Shown: positions 1 through 9,898 of the stretch, piece after piece
Layout: every line of letters starts with the position of its first letter
Position numbering within the stretch: position 1 is the stretch's first letter
Virus record (IMG/VR): IMGVR_UViG_3300010412_000012
Location: 1-62,709 of that record
Length of the DNA stretch: 62,709 nt
Origin: a virus
Lineage: Duplodnaviria > Caudoviricetes
Direction: 5' to 3' (one strand)
Notes under the pieces: generated by a model
Database searches by the model: none
Seen by the model: only the letters and a program-made list of their open reading frames with translations
Told to the model about the DNA's origin: nothing
Position numbers and translations under genes: made by a program

Positions 1-4
1 CCCG

Positions 5-3000
5 ATGGTGCAGGACTTCGATGGCCGGGGCGGGGACATGATCTTCGCCGACGAGGAGACCGCTGACTACTGGATGGATCAGCTGGCACAGAGTGCGCCG
101 GAAGACCTGCAAGCTATCCTCGGTGAGATCACCGGGGCTGGTACCGGCAAGCCGATTGATGGCCGGTTGGCTGTCCAGAAGATCGGTGAGAATGGAGGCG
201 TCGAACAAGAGACGCTGGTCTCCACCCTCGAAGAAGCCCAACAGGTGCAGCAAGAGTGGGGTGGTGAGACACGTGTACTAACGGCTGAAGAAGCCATTGC
301 TCGTCGTGAGCAGATGGCGGCTGGCGACCTGTTCGCTGAGCCTGAACCGGAGCCGGAGGGTACCACTGGGGGTACGCCACGGACGACAACTGGCCGGATG
401 CGTGTCCGGTTCACAGACGACGCCGGGAATACCATCGAAGACCGTACGTTCAGCGACAGGAGGAGAGCCGAGCGATATGCAGATCAGTTGGCCGATGAGT
501 ACCAGCTGGCACAGCCTGATGCTGATGCCCGCATTACTGTCACCCCGATACGCACTATGCCTAAGCAGAAGACCAAGGCCACGCAGGATGAGCAGAAGGC
601 CGAGATCGCTGCACGAAAGAAAAAGGCTACGTATAAGACAGAAGGTGAGCAGGTAGCCGACGAGATTCGCAAGACCGTCCCGTTCGAGGAACGTCAGGAG
701 ATGGTCGAGGCTGTGTCCAAGGGCAAGACCCGAGAGGACGCGGCCAAGAACCTGCTCACGCTCGCTGCCGAGACGCTGGACAAGGAAGCCAAGGGTGCTG
801 TCGCCGGGCAGGTACATCCTGATGCGCTTGAGTTCAAGGATGAGGCCATCGCCAAGGAGTACGCCGAGGCGTGGCAAGAGCTGTACGCTGCCGACTTCAT
901 TGCCAAGAACAAGGACATCATCCCGCTTGAGCATCGTGGAACAGTTGTCTCAAAGGCTAACCGCGACAAGAAGAAAGCGTTGGCGAGAGTCAAGCGTGCT
1001 CGCCGGTCGGGTGCGCCGCGTCGTCGTGTCGAGAAGGTCTTTCGTCAGGCCCGTCTCACCAAGGACGCCGTTGTACAACAGCTGGGATATAACGCTGACA
1101 AGATTGCAGACCTCCTCGGTGTCGATCGCCGACAGCTGACGCCGGAGGAGAAGAAAGCCATCGAGCTGCTGGGCGAGACCCGTCAGATCGGTGAGGAGTT
1201 TGGAGCTGCCGAGCTGCCTGCTGGCACCGACGAGGTAATGCTCGAGACTGAGTTCTTCAACATGAAGACCACCGAGGCAGACCTGAAGGCGCTGTCTCCT
1301 GCGGAGTTGGAACAGGCGTTCGAGGAGTCACTGAACTACCGCATGAGCGTCAACAAACGTATTGACGACGATGCTCTGGCCGAGATCAAGGCGAAGGCAA
1401 CCAGCCCGTCGCTGAAGATCAAAGAGATTATGCGTGCCGTCGTCAGTATGCGTAACCAGTCACAGTCTGATTCACGTGTTAAGGGAGCACGTATCGTCAC
1501 CAATGTGACCAAGCGCGGGAAGGGTGGCTACAACAAGACGGTGCGTGAGACCAAGTCTCTGACATCTGTTACAGAGAAGCACGAAGAAGGCGTAGACACG
1601 AAGGCGGTTCGTGAAGGTGAGGCCAAGAAGATTTACGAACAGCTGGGTGAGCGGCTCCGTGGAGCCATCAAGCGCCTGCGTAACGTCACCCCGGAGGTAG
1701 ACGAGTACGGCGACCTTACCCCGACAGGCGTCGATCAGATCATGGGTATCTGGTGGGCGGAGTCAATGGTCGAACTCGGTAACGCCATCAACGAGCTGCG
1801 TCGTTTCGATGAAGGCGCTGTCAAGCTGGCGAAGTCTGTCAGTACGGCACTAAACCGTATCGCCAGCGGCAGCGACAACCTGTTCGGTAAAGAGTTCGCC
1901 TACGCCGCACGCGAGACGCTGCGTATCAACGCGAAGGGGATGGGGCGAGACCTCAAAGAGATCGCCCGTAAAGTAGAGGCACACAACAAGCGGATCGAGG
2001 CTGCTGCCAACCACCGCCGTAACAGTGCCAAGTGGCGCAAGAACTCTGACTACAAGCAGTTCGTTGCACCCATCGTTAAGAAGTTCGTTGACGCCTACTA
2101 CAACGGTGAGGGTTCGTACCGTCCGACACTGGCAGAGGCACAGAACTTGAGCTGGGCGCTTGAGACTTTCCGCGCACAGGGTCTCGAGGAAGACTTCTTC
2201 GTGCCGATCAAGCGTATGCTCACCGACTTCGGCTTCCGGTTCCGCAAGAACAAGATGGTCATTGACATCGACGAGAAGGGTGGCTTTGAGTTTACGCCAA
2301 AAGATGCTCACCTGATGAACAAGATTCGTCGTGGCGAGAGCATCATCACCACGAGGACCCTGAAGCGTGTCGAGACGGCCAAGCCCTACGAGCCGGTCAC
2401 GCTTACGTACAGGCGTCCGGAAGGTGAGCTGGATCAGCGCATCCGCGATCGTGACAAGCGTGCTGATCGACAGATAGCACAGGAGAAAGAGAAGCTCGAA
2501 GACGTCCGTCATGTACGGGCGACTCAGATTTTTGCTGCTTTCAGGAAGATTGTGGACAACAAGAAGTCCACCATCCGCAAGCTGGCTGTCGCCGAAGACA
2601 GGTTCCTAGCAGACCTGAAAGCGGAAGGGTTCATCACCCAGATGGGTTCGGAGTTCGCCACCATCAAGTTCCCGCACCAGTGGACAAAGACTGGCGGCTG
2701 GAAGTACCGGACTATTACATACCGTCGCTTTGGTGATGCGCTGTGGCAGGAGAGGATCAGGAAGGCTGATGCTCGTGGCCGGGCGTCTGCTATCCGTAAG
2801 GACTACACCCAGACCAAGGCGCGTGTTGCTGACCGCACAGACACGATGAGTGCGTACACCAACAAGAACCTCGAGCCGGGACTGTTCGTTGACTACATGC
2901 AGGAGAAGTACCAAGAACGTGCCTATGACAAGATCGGTGAGGAGATTCGTAACCACGGCCCGAAGGTTAAACAAGCTGCACGTGTGCTTGGCGACCTACT

Positions 3001-6000
3001 GATCGCGCCTACTGATGAGAAATTCAAGGGCGAAGAAGGACGAATTGTTCATGCCAGTATTGTCCTGAAGGCACTGAAAGATGTCCTGCCGGAGTCCAGC
3101 TTCTACGGTATGACTGTCCGGAAACTGCTTGACATAGAGTTTGCCAATGATGTGACCATCGCCTACAAATGGGGACCTTCAATGGCCCTTGGTAGGTTTT
3201 ATGGTCGCCGGAACCGTATCCATCTGTTCCCTGATAGAATCGCAAGATCGTCACAACCTGAAGGTGCGGCTGTCCATACCCTTCTGCACGAGTTGATGCA
3301 CGCGGCTACTGTGGCCTCGTTGGAGACGAAGCCTGCTCTCCGTAAATACGTAACTGAACTGGCGGATCAAGCACGACAGCATTGGGTTAAAACCAGACGA
3401 GGTAAATACACAAAGGAATGGAAAAACCTTGACCGTGATGATGCTGAGCTATATGTGTGGGAGATCAATCTTCAGGAGTATAATGGCGCAGCCTACTTCC
3501 AGAAAGAGGCAGACGGTACGTACACGGTAAGAATGAGGAACGTGCCTCATGCAACCAAGCCTTACGGTTTGTTTGACACCTACCTGTCTCCGGCAGAGTT
3601 TGTCGCCGAGGCGTTCTCGAACCCAGAGTTTCAAGCGTTCCTACAGTCTGCCCCGGTGGACAATGAGACCCTGTGGGACAAGTTCACAGCGTTTCTAAAA
3701 CGGCTGTTTGGTTTTAGTCAGGCACCTGAATACGACAACATCATGGAAGCGCTCATGGCTGTTGAGCCTACGCTGATGGAGAAGGCTGGTGTCTATACGA
3801 AGCGGCAGAACACCTACGGGCTAGGTGGCGAGGAAGTATGGAACAAGATCAACCAGACATTCGAGGTTGAAGACAATGCCCGCAAAGCTGCTACCGCCAT
3901 TAAGAGTAACGCTCTCCGAGGCAAGCTCAGTCATGCGTTCCACTCCATGCGTCAGCTGCGTGAGCGTTACGAGCAGTACTTCGGTGGCGAGAAAGGCCCG
4001 CTGGCGAAGTACATGGATGCGTTCAATGGCCGCAACGCTCGCAACAACAAGCTGATGCAGCTGCCAGAGTCCATGTCACGTACGTGGACGAAGCTGCGTG
4101 AGAAGCACGGCGTGGAGCAGGAGCTTGAGTTCAGTCGTCTGGCTACGGAGTCCACCCTCAAGGGCTTCGACCCCAGCAAGCTCAGCACACATGATCGGAA
4201 CAAGAAGTCGCACGCCGCCCAGCGTGGAGAGTACGCAGTGCTCCGCCGTCGTTGGCAGGCGCTTCCGCAGGATTACAAACAGCTGTGGCAGGACGTCACC
4301 ACGTACTACCAGAACTCTCTCGAGAACGAGGTAGACCTGTTGCTTCTGAATGCGATTCGTGGCGTCGTCACCAGCGGCCCGGATGGTATGGACATCGACG
4401 CCTTCAACCGCAAGTACAACAAGGACAACATCCGCAAGTTCGCCGACAGCAAGGACATGATCGCCGCAGAGTTCGGCGAGTACCTCGGCGATAAGGAAGA
4501 CGATCTGGCTGGCTTTATACAGTCGGTGGCGCAAGTACCTGCCATGAAACAGGGTGTCTATTTCCCGTTGATGCGATACGGGGACTTCGCCGTGTACGCG
4601 AGCCGGGTCATCGAGGAGCGCACCTTTGGTGACAGCCGTGAGGCACGCAAGTACGCCGCCGACAAGCGTGCAGCTGACCCCAGTCTCTCTGCCAGCGTGC
4701 GTGAGAAAGATGGCAAGTGGGCAGTCGAGATCAAGGAGTCGGAGTTCGTTGTCGGCGAGTCGATGTCCGAGGTGTTGGAAGCAAGGGAGCGACTGCTTGA
4801 GGAGTACGGCGAGGGTAATGTTGGAGAGGCTGGACGGAAGCTGGATTCCATGCAGGAGTCTGCAATCCAATCGAACGCCGCTCTCAATAGCATTATAGAA
4901 TCGTTGGGAAATAATGCAGCTGCGGCAAACGCGATCAAGCAGTTCTACCTCCGGAACCTGAGCGACCAGTCGTTCCGTAAGCGTGAGATCAAACGTCAGA
5001 ACAGGCGTGGTGTGAACTACGACTTGCAGCACCGCAACTTTGCGAACTACGCCTCGCAGTCTGCCTACTACCGGGCGCAGCTTGAGTACGGCTGGCAGAT
5101 GTCGAAGGGGCTGACCGATATGCGGGAGTACCTGAAGAACTATCAGCAGGGTGCATCTCCGATGTCGAAGGAGCAGCTGGACAACGTCTACAACACGCTT
5201 CTGAAACGTGATGAACTGACGACCAACCCGATCGAGATTCACAACCTCGCACGGAAGGGTATCGCCCTGACTCAGTTCTACATGCTGACGAGTGTGTCAT
5301 ATCACATGATTAACAGCACCCAACCGTGGATGGTGACGGCCCCGACGATGGCTGGCCGACACGGGTGGGGCAACGCCCTGTCTGCGATGAAGGCAGCACA
5401 GGGACTCATCAAGGCTCCGATCTTCAAGGGCGTAGGGAAGTCGAAGGGTGGCCTCGCTCTCCTACCGTGGTTGAAGGGTGCGGATGTCGCAGCCGAGGAA
5501 GCGTTCGGAATCTTCGACGACCTTACCTCACACCTGCAAGCAAACGACACCCGAGCCGAAGAACACATCGCCATGCTCGAGAAGCTGCGTGAGACCAGCG
5601 TGCTTGAGGTCTCCCCTTTGACAGAGCTGCGTGAAATCGCAGGGGGTAAGACCGACTGGAAGGCCAAGGTGCTCGACGCATCTCGTGCAATGGCGCACAT
5701 GGTTGAAGTAAACAACCGCGTCCTTACCGCCATCGCTGCTTATGATCTGGAATACGCTCGCCAGAAGAACAGCGGTGCCGGTGAGGAAGCGGCCCGAGAA
5801 GCTGCCACCTCCTACGCAGAGGACATGGTCTCGCAGACGCAGTTCGACTACTCGACGGCCAACAAGCCGCCTGCGTTTATGAAGCTGCCTATCGTTTTCC
5901 AGTTCATGCAGTGGTCACAGCACATCTACGCACATCTCATCCGCCACACGGTGCGTGCGTTCAAGGGCGACAAGGACTCTCGGAAGATCGTAGCGGGGCT

Positions 6001-6862
6001 GCTCGGTACGCACGCTGCCGTAGGCGGTCTCGTAGGCGTTACCTTGCAGCCGATCAAGATGGCGATGGGTATGGCGATGATGGCACTCGGAGATGACGAT
6101 GAGCCGTACACCTTGAAGAATGCCCTGTCTGGCGCGACCTACGACCGGCTTGTGACAAGTGCTACGAACGATCTGTTTGGAACAACTGTTTCAACAGCTC
6201 TTGGCCGTGGCCTCCCGGCGGCCTTCGGTGCAGACCTGTCCGTTCGCATGTCTTTGGGAACCCTGTTCTTCATCGACCTGCGAGGTGACACCCCTGAGTC
6301 GGTGGCTGGCTCACTGCTCTCGTCCTTCGGTGGTGCGAGCATCAACCAAGCCCTGACGTTTGGCAGGGGTCTACAGTATTTTGGTAGTGGCGACTACGTG
6401 AAAGGACTCGAAGCGCTGAGTCCGAAGTTCATGCGTGATATACTTCGTGCAGGTCGGTTCGCCTCTGAAGGGCTGGTCAATAGCTCTGGCGATACGGTGC
6501 TCGACACCTCCGACCTCAACGCATGGGAGGTGGCTTTGCAGGCAGTAGGATTTACCCCGACAGATGTCGGAAAGTTCTACGCAGGTCAGGCCGCCATCAA
6601 AGACAAGGAAGCCTTTGTACGGGACAGGAAGATCGACCTAATGAAACAGTTTCGTACCGCCGACATTGGGCAGCGAGCAGCGATCATGCAAAAGATCGTT
6701 GAGTTCAATCGTTCGTTCCCTCAAGAGGCAATCACCCGTTCTGCCATTCTGCGTAACATGAAGGGCAAACTCGAGCGAGAACTTCAATACGAGCGATATG
6801 GAGCAGCGATTGATGAGAAGAAAGCAGGGCTATACGCCGGGTACGGGGAACCGTACCGTTAA
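5..6862 (+). CDS. Giant internal virion/ejection protein of the large polyvalent protein type, with a zincin-like metallopeptidase and a PLxRFG domain; probably 5'-truncated
   Basis: 2285 aa; HTLLHELMHAAT followed by AEFVAEAFSNPEFQ (zincin); YFPLMRYGDF (PLxRFG-type motif); hydrophobic, Gly-rich C-terminal third. Frame is open to the window edge, and the gene continues the ejection cluster seen at the window end. Confidence 0.75.
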   Translation: MVQDFDGRGGDMIFADEETADYWMDQLAQSAPEDLQAILGEITGAGTGKPIDGRLAVQKIGENGGVEQETLVSTLEEAQQVQQEWGGETRVLTAEEAIARREQMAAGDLFAEPEPEPEGTTGGTPRTTTGRMRVRFTDDAGNTIEDRTFSDRRRAERYADQLADEYQLAQPDADARITVTPIRTMPKQKTKATQDEQKAEIAARKKKATYKTEGEQVADEIRKTVPFEERQEMVEAVSKGKTREDAAKNLLTLAAETLDKEAKGAVAGQVHPDALEFKDEAIAKEYAEAWQELYAADFIAKNKDIIPLEHRGTVVSKANRDKKKALARVKRARRSGAPRRRVEKVFRQARLTKDAVVQQLGYNADKIADLLGVDRRQLTPEEKKAIELLGETRQIGEEFGAAELPAGTDEVMLETEFFNMKTTEADLKALSPAELEQAFEESLNYRMSVNKRIDDDALAEIKAKATSPSLKIKEIMRAVVSMRNQSQSDSRVKGARIVTNVTKRGKGGYNKTVRETKSLTSVTEKHEEGVDTKAVREGEAKKIYEQLGERLRGAIKRLRNVTPEVDEYGDLTPTGVDQIMGIWWAESMVELGNAINELRRFDEGAVKLAKSVSTALNRIASGSDNLFGKEFAYAARETLRINAKGMGRDLKEIARKVEAHNKRIEAAANHRRNSAKWRKNSDYKQFVAPIVKKFVDAYYNGEGSYRPTLAEAQNLSWALETFRAQGLEEDFFVPIKRMLTDFGFRFRKNKMVIDIDEKGGFEFTPKDAHLMNKIRRGESIITTRTLKRVETAKPYEPVTLTYRRPEGELDQRIRDRDKRADRQIAQEKEKLEDVRHVRATQIFAAFRKIVDNKKSTIRKLAVAEDRFLADLKAEGFITQMGSEFATIKFPHQWTKTGGWKYRTITYRRFGDALWQERIRKADARGRASAIRKDYTQTKARVADRTDTMSAYTNKNLEPGLFVDYMQEKYQERAYDKIGEEIRNHGPKVKQAARVLGDLLIAPTDEKFKGEEGRIVHASIVLKALKDVLPESSFYGMTVRKLLDIEFANDVTIAYKWGPSMALGRFYGRRNRIHLFPDRIARSSQPEGAAVHTLLHELMHAATVASLETKPALRKYVTELADQARQHWVKTRRGKYTKEWKNLDRDDAELYVWEINLQEYNGAAYFQKEADGTYTVRMRNVPHATKPYGLFDTYLSPAEFVAEAFSNPEFQAFLQSAPVDNETLWDKFTAFLKRLFGFSQAPEYDNIMEALMAVEPTLMEKAGVYTKRQNTYGLGGEEVWNKINQTFEVEDNARKAATAIKSNALRGKLSHAFHSMRQLRERYEQYFGGEKGPLAKYMDAFNGRNARNNKLMQLPESMSRTWTKLREKHGVEQELEFSRLATESTLKGFDPSKLSTHDRNKKSHAAQRGEYAVLRRRWQALPQDYKQLWQDVTTYYQNSLENEVDLLLLNAIRGVVTSGPDGMDIDAFNRKYNKDNIRKFADSKDMIAAEFGEYLGDKEDDLAGFIQSVAQVPAMKQGVYFPLMRYGDFAVYASRVIEERTFGDSREARKYAADKRAADPSLSASVREKDGKWAVEIKESEFVVGESMSEVLEARERLLEEYGEGNVGEAGRKLDSMQESAIQSNAALNSIIESLGNNAAAANAIKQFYLRNLSDQSFRKREIKRQNRRGVNYDLQHRNFANYASQSAYYRAQLEYGWQMSKGLTDMREYLKNYQQGASPMSKEQLDNVYNTLLKRDELTTNPIEIHNLARKGIALTQFYMLTSVSYHMINSTQPWMVTAPTMAGRHGWGNALSAMKAAQGLIKAPIFKGVGKSKGGLALLPWLKGADVAAEEAFGIFDDLTSHLQANDTRAEEHIAMLEKLRETSVLEVSPLTELREIAGGKTDWKAKVLDASRAMAHMVEVNNRVLTAIAAYDLEYARQKNSGAGEEAAREAATSYAEDMVSQTQFDYSTANKPPAFMKLPIVFQFMQWSQHIYAHLIRHTVRAFKGDKDSRKIVAGLLGTHAAVGGLVGVTLQPIKMAMGMAMMALGDDDEPYTLKNALSGATYDRLVTSATNDLFGTTVSTALGRGLPAAFGADLSVRMSLGTLFFIDLRGDTPESVAGSLLSSFGGASINQALTFGRGLQYFGSGDYVKGLEALSPKFMRDILRAGRFASEGLVNSSGDTVLDTSDLNAWEVALQAVGFTPTDVGKFYAGQAAIKDKEAFVRDRKIDLMKQFRTADIGQRAAIMQKIVEFNRSFPQEAITRSAILRNMKGKLERELQYERYGAAIDEKKAGLYAGYGEPYR

Positions 6863-8453
6863 ACGAAAGGGGCCTACTGGTCGCACCCATGAGTACAAGA
6901 CCTGTCCGAAGTGTGGGCGGGATACTTTACGGCGCGGCCAGAAGGCTCAGAGTGGCAAGCAACGATGGGTGTGTGAGGATCAAAAAGCAGGCGAGCGCAT
7001 CTACTGTTACTCCACCACCGACCCCGACAAGCCGTACTCAGGCCGTAACAGTCGTAAGGAAGCTGACAAGAACCCACAGTTCAAACGTAAGCTGGGAGGT
7101 GTCAAGCGCTTCGTCATAACAGCTGCACAGAACGCCACCCCCATCCATCAACAGTTCTTCGAGGCACTGCGACGTTACTGCGAACACAATGAGGCTGAAC
7201 TGGTAGTCATACCACTTAGGTACAAGAACCCAACATCTAGGTGGACAGACTCGCAGGAGAATCTGGAACAGTGGGCCAATGAACTACACCCCTACCTCTA
7301 CAACCAGCGCAAGAAACTCAACGAGAACCTTGTGCTGCTCGGAGACATCAAGACGCAGCCCACCGCTGTCAACCCCCTACAGGGTTTCGAGAGCCTCACA
7401 CACGGCGAGTCAGGCATCCTCGGACACACCAAGCTGCAACTTGAGACTATCGCCACGCCCTCCCACCGCTACCCCAAGATACTCACGACCACAGGCGCAG
7501 TCACCCTGCCGAACTACACGGACAGCAAGGCTGGCAAGAAGGGCGAGTTCCATCACGCACTGGCCGCCGTCGTCGTGGAGATCATCGGTAAGAAGTTCAG
7601 TTTGAGACAGCTGAACGCAACCAAGGACGGTAGCTTCATAGATTTGGACATGGAATACACCCCGTCCAAGGTGTCCAAGGTGGCACGAGCTTCCGCACTG
7701 GTGTTTGGAGACACGCACCGGGCGGTCATGGACCCGACCGTGGAGAAAGTCACCTTCGGGCCGGGCGGCATGGTTGAGACCCTGAACCCGGAACATCTGG
7801 TGTTCCACGACCTCCACGATGGCATCAGCACCAACCATCACGTGAAGAAAGACCCATTCGCGCAGGTGGCTAAGCGTGTGGGCCTCCTGCACCTCGTTAA
7901 AGAGGAGGTGATACAAGACGTCATGTGGCTGGCGCGTGTCTGTGCGGGGCGCTCAGGCGTTCTGGTGGCCTCCAACCACGACGATTTCCTAGCCCGGTGG
8001 CTGCGAGAGCAGGACTGGCGGCACGACCCGGAGAACGCAGAGTTCTACTTGGAGACTGCCCTGTATATGGTGCAAGAAATTAAGCAAAATAATGCGGTCC
8101 CTCACCCCTTCACCTACTGGGTGGACCGCTTGAAGGGTAACGCTCCCATCACGTGTTTGAAACGAGACGAGAGCTTTGCGCTGAATGGCGTGGAACTTTC
8201 GCTGCACGGTGACAAAGGGCCAAACGGATCAAGGGGTTCGAGAAAGAACTTGCGTCGGATCGGAGTCAAGACGATCATAGGACACAGTCACTCCCCCGGC
8301 ATCGAGGAGGGGTGCTACCAGACCGGCACCAGCACCCCGCTGCGGCTGGACTACAACCAAGGCCCGAGCAGCTGGATGCACTGTCACTGTGTTCTGTACG
8401 CCAATGGCAAACGTAGCCTGCTGTTCATCATCGACGGAGAATGGCGACTGTGA
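6798..8453 (+). CDS. T5 A1-like metallophosphoesterase/nuclease with an N-terminal Zn ribbon
   Basis: FVITAAQNATP; calcineurin-like motifs GDTH, HDLHDG, SNHD, HGD, GHSH; CPKC...C...C at the N-terminus. Start codon uncertain. Confidence 0.7.
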   Translation: MEQRLMRRKQGYTPGTGNRTVKRKGPTGRTHEYKTCPKCGRDTLRRGQKAQSGKQRWVCEDQKAGERIYCYSTTDPDKPYSGRNSRKEADKNPQFKRKLGGVKRFVITAAQNATPIHQQFFEALRRYCEHNEAELVVIPLRYKNPTSRWTDSQENLEQWANELHPYLYNQRKKLNENLVLLGDIKTQPTAVNPLQGFESLTHGESGILGHTKLQLETIATPSHRYPKILTTTGAVTLPNYTDSKAGKKGEFHHALAAVVVEIIGKKFSLRQLNATKDGSFIDLDMEYTPSKVSKVARASALVFGDTHRAVMDPTVEKVTFGPGGMVETLNPEHLVFHDLHDGISTNHHVKKDPFAQVAKRVGLLHLVKEEVIQDVMWLARVCAGRSGVLVASNHDDFLARWLREQDWRHDPENAEFYLETALYMVQEIKQNNAVPHPFTYWVDRLKGNAPITCLKRDESFALNGVELSLHGDKGPNGSRGSRKNLRRIGVKTIIGHSHSPGIEEGCYQTGTSTPLRLDYNQGPSSWMHCHCVLYANGKRSLLFIIDGEWRL

Positions 8454-8680
8454 TGGTGGTAGAGATACGCTGGCTTGATGCCAGTATCGAGACCTCGGAT
8501 TTCAAAAGGAAGGAAGCGAAGAACACCAAGCCCGTAGACCGCTGGACTACAGGCTATCTGGTGGAGGAGAACGAGGATTGTGTGGTGCTGGCGACGGACT
8601 ATTACGTCAAGAAGAAGGACGGATTCGCCGCCAAGATGGTCATTCCTTGGGGGATGATTACCGAGTACTGGTACTACTAG
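8441..8680 (+). CDS. Small phage hypothetical protein
   Basis: Overlaps the upstream stop; VEIRWLDA...TTGYLV...IPWGMI pattern resembles a common small phage protein. Confidence 0.65.
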   Translation: MATVMVVEIRWLDASIETSDFKRKEAKNTKPVDRWTTGYLVEENEDCVVLATDYYVKKKDGFAAKMVIPWGMITEYWYY

Positions 8681-9156
8681 AAGGCGTACCCGATCACCAG
8701 CATGTCCTGCCCCAAGTTCGGGGTACCTGACCCTGCGTTGCTGAAGTGCCGCACCCTGATCGACCAGTGCTCACCGCCGAAGCCGAGGGACAGAGACCAC
8801 GTTAGCTTCTTGCCGAGGGCGCGGTTCGTATTCTGGAAGTAGGCTGGCCCGATACCAAGTTCCCAACGCTTGTACTCAAACACACGTTGGGCGTGGAAGA
8901 AAATGTTTTCGTCCAGCTCAGCCGGGTAACGGCAGTGACACACTTGTTTGGAAATGTAGCCACCGCCGACAGAGAACTTCCCGATACGATCCGACAGGAT
9001 CATGGCCCCACCTTCCGAGTACTCACCTGACAGGAGCGCTGGCCCGGCCTCAAGCTCGAGCGCGTTAGCCTCCTTGTAGGCGAAGAAGATGAGGATGAGC
9101 AGGAAGACGAGGATAATCCATATACCCTCGACCCCCAGCTTTGAATCCTTACCCAT
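8677..9156 (-). CDS. pagL: PagL-like lipid A 3-O-deacylase (outer-membrane beta-barrel)
   Basis: Signal peptide ending ANA; amphipathic beta strands; C-terminal RHFSNAG...PNLGQD (PagL H-x-S-N...N-x-G-x-E/D) and terminal Phe. Confidence 0.75.
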   Translation of the reverse strand: MGKDSKLGVEGIWIILVFLLILIFFAYKEANALELEAGPALLSGEYSEGGAMILSDRIGKFSVGGGYISKQVCHCRYPAELDENIFFHAQRVFEYKRWELGIGPAYFQNTNRALGKKLTWSLSLGFGGEHWSIRVRHFSNAGSGTPNLGQDMLVIGYAF

Positions 9157-9500
9157 CAGGGCTTTTCGTGTGCCGAGAAGGTGAACGTGAAGTTCGGGCT
9201 TGCCGTACCACCAAGCGTCCAGCTGACCCGAAGCAGATGACCGAACGGCGTCGTGTTACCGACGACAGTGCGGCGAACAGTGGCAACGCCAGTCTGCTGC
9301 GGGAACGTGTCGATGGTAGCGTAGCTGTCTGAAGCCTCGTCGTATTCCTCAACGATCACATCGAGCGTGGGCGTCGTGCCACCGGCAGCGGTGATGTCCA
9401 GTACGAACACGGCATTCTGTGCGCCGAAACCGAACAGCCCCGAGGCACCTGTGGCAGTGATGTTGCCGCTGTGGACAACGTGTTGGGCTGGCCTACTCAT
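9156..9500 (-). CDS. Hypothetical beta-rich protein
   Basis: ATG at 9500 overlaps the end of the upstream 45-aa ORF; Thr/Gly/Val-rich beta-sandwich-like composition. Confidence 0.6.
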   Translation of the reverse strand: MSRPAQHVVHSGNITATGASGLFGFGAQNAVFVLDITAAGGTTPTLDVIVEEYDEASDSYATIDTFPQQTGVATVRRTVVGNTTPFGHLLRVSWTLGGTASPNFTFTFSAHEKP

Positions 9501-9630
9501 CTTCGTCAACCTCTACGTCTTCGACGACTTCTTCCTCGAAGACTTCTTCCTCGACTACGGGTTCGGCAACCGGCTCAGCACGTGCAGCCTTCTTGCGTTC
9601 CCACTCTTTCCTCAGTGTGCGACTTGGCAT
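9493..9630 (-). CDS. 45-aa basic/acidic bipolar peptide (not in the ORF track)
   Basis: MPSRTLRKEWERKKAARAEPVAEPVVEEEVFEEEVVEDVEVDEDE; AGGAGA Shine-Dalgarno; fills the gap exactly. Confidence 0.65.
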   Translation of the reverse strand: MPSRTLRKEWERKKAARAEPVAEPVVEEEVFEEEVVEDVEVDEDE

Positions 9631-9640
9631 TTCCTGTCTC

Positions 9641-9898
9641 CTAAATTGGACGGTTCTTCGCGTCACGCTTGTAGCTGCGGTTCGTCTTGCGGCTCACAAC
9701 ACGTGTGTTAGACGTCGAACGGCTCCCTCCCTTCGACAGTGGAACTTTGTGGTCAAGCTCTTTGCCATCACCCTTCTTGACCCGGCCATCCTTCATGGCC
9801 TCACGGCGTGCCTTGTTACGGGCAGCACGATCCTTCTTCGCCTCGGGGGAAGCGTGGTACTTCTCGTAGTACGCCTTACTTCTTTCTCTTGCGCCCAT
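9641..9898 (-). CDS. Small HNH endonuclease-like protein
   Basis: ELDHKVPLSKGGS..SNTRVVSRKTN motif. Confidence 0.75.
   Translation of the reverse strand: MGARERSKAYYEKYHASPEAKKDRAARNKARREAMKDGRVKKGDGKELDHKVPLSKGGSRSTSNTRVVSRKTNRSYKRDAKNRPI

Noticed and set aside
4076-5242. 388-aa antisense ORF (also 38010-38951, 44145-45287 and similar)
   Set aside because: Shadow frames of strongly codon-biased genes; no motifs or RBS.
5-6862. N4-like virion RNA polymerase
   Set aside because: No recognisable RNA polymerase catalytic motifs; zincin and PLxRFG motifs instead.
6900-7010. IS1 InsA-like zinc ribbon suggesting an insertion sequence
   Set aside because: Fused in frame to the phosphoesterase; no transposase or terminal inverted repeats.
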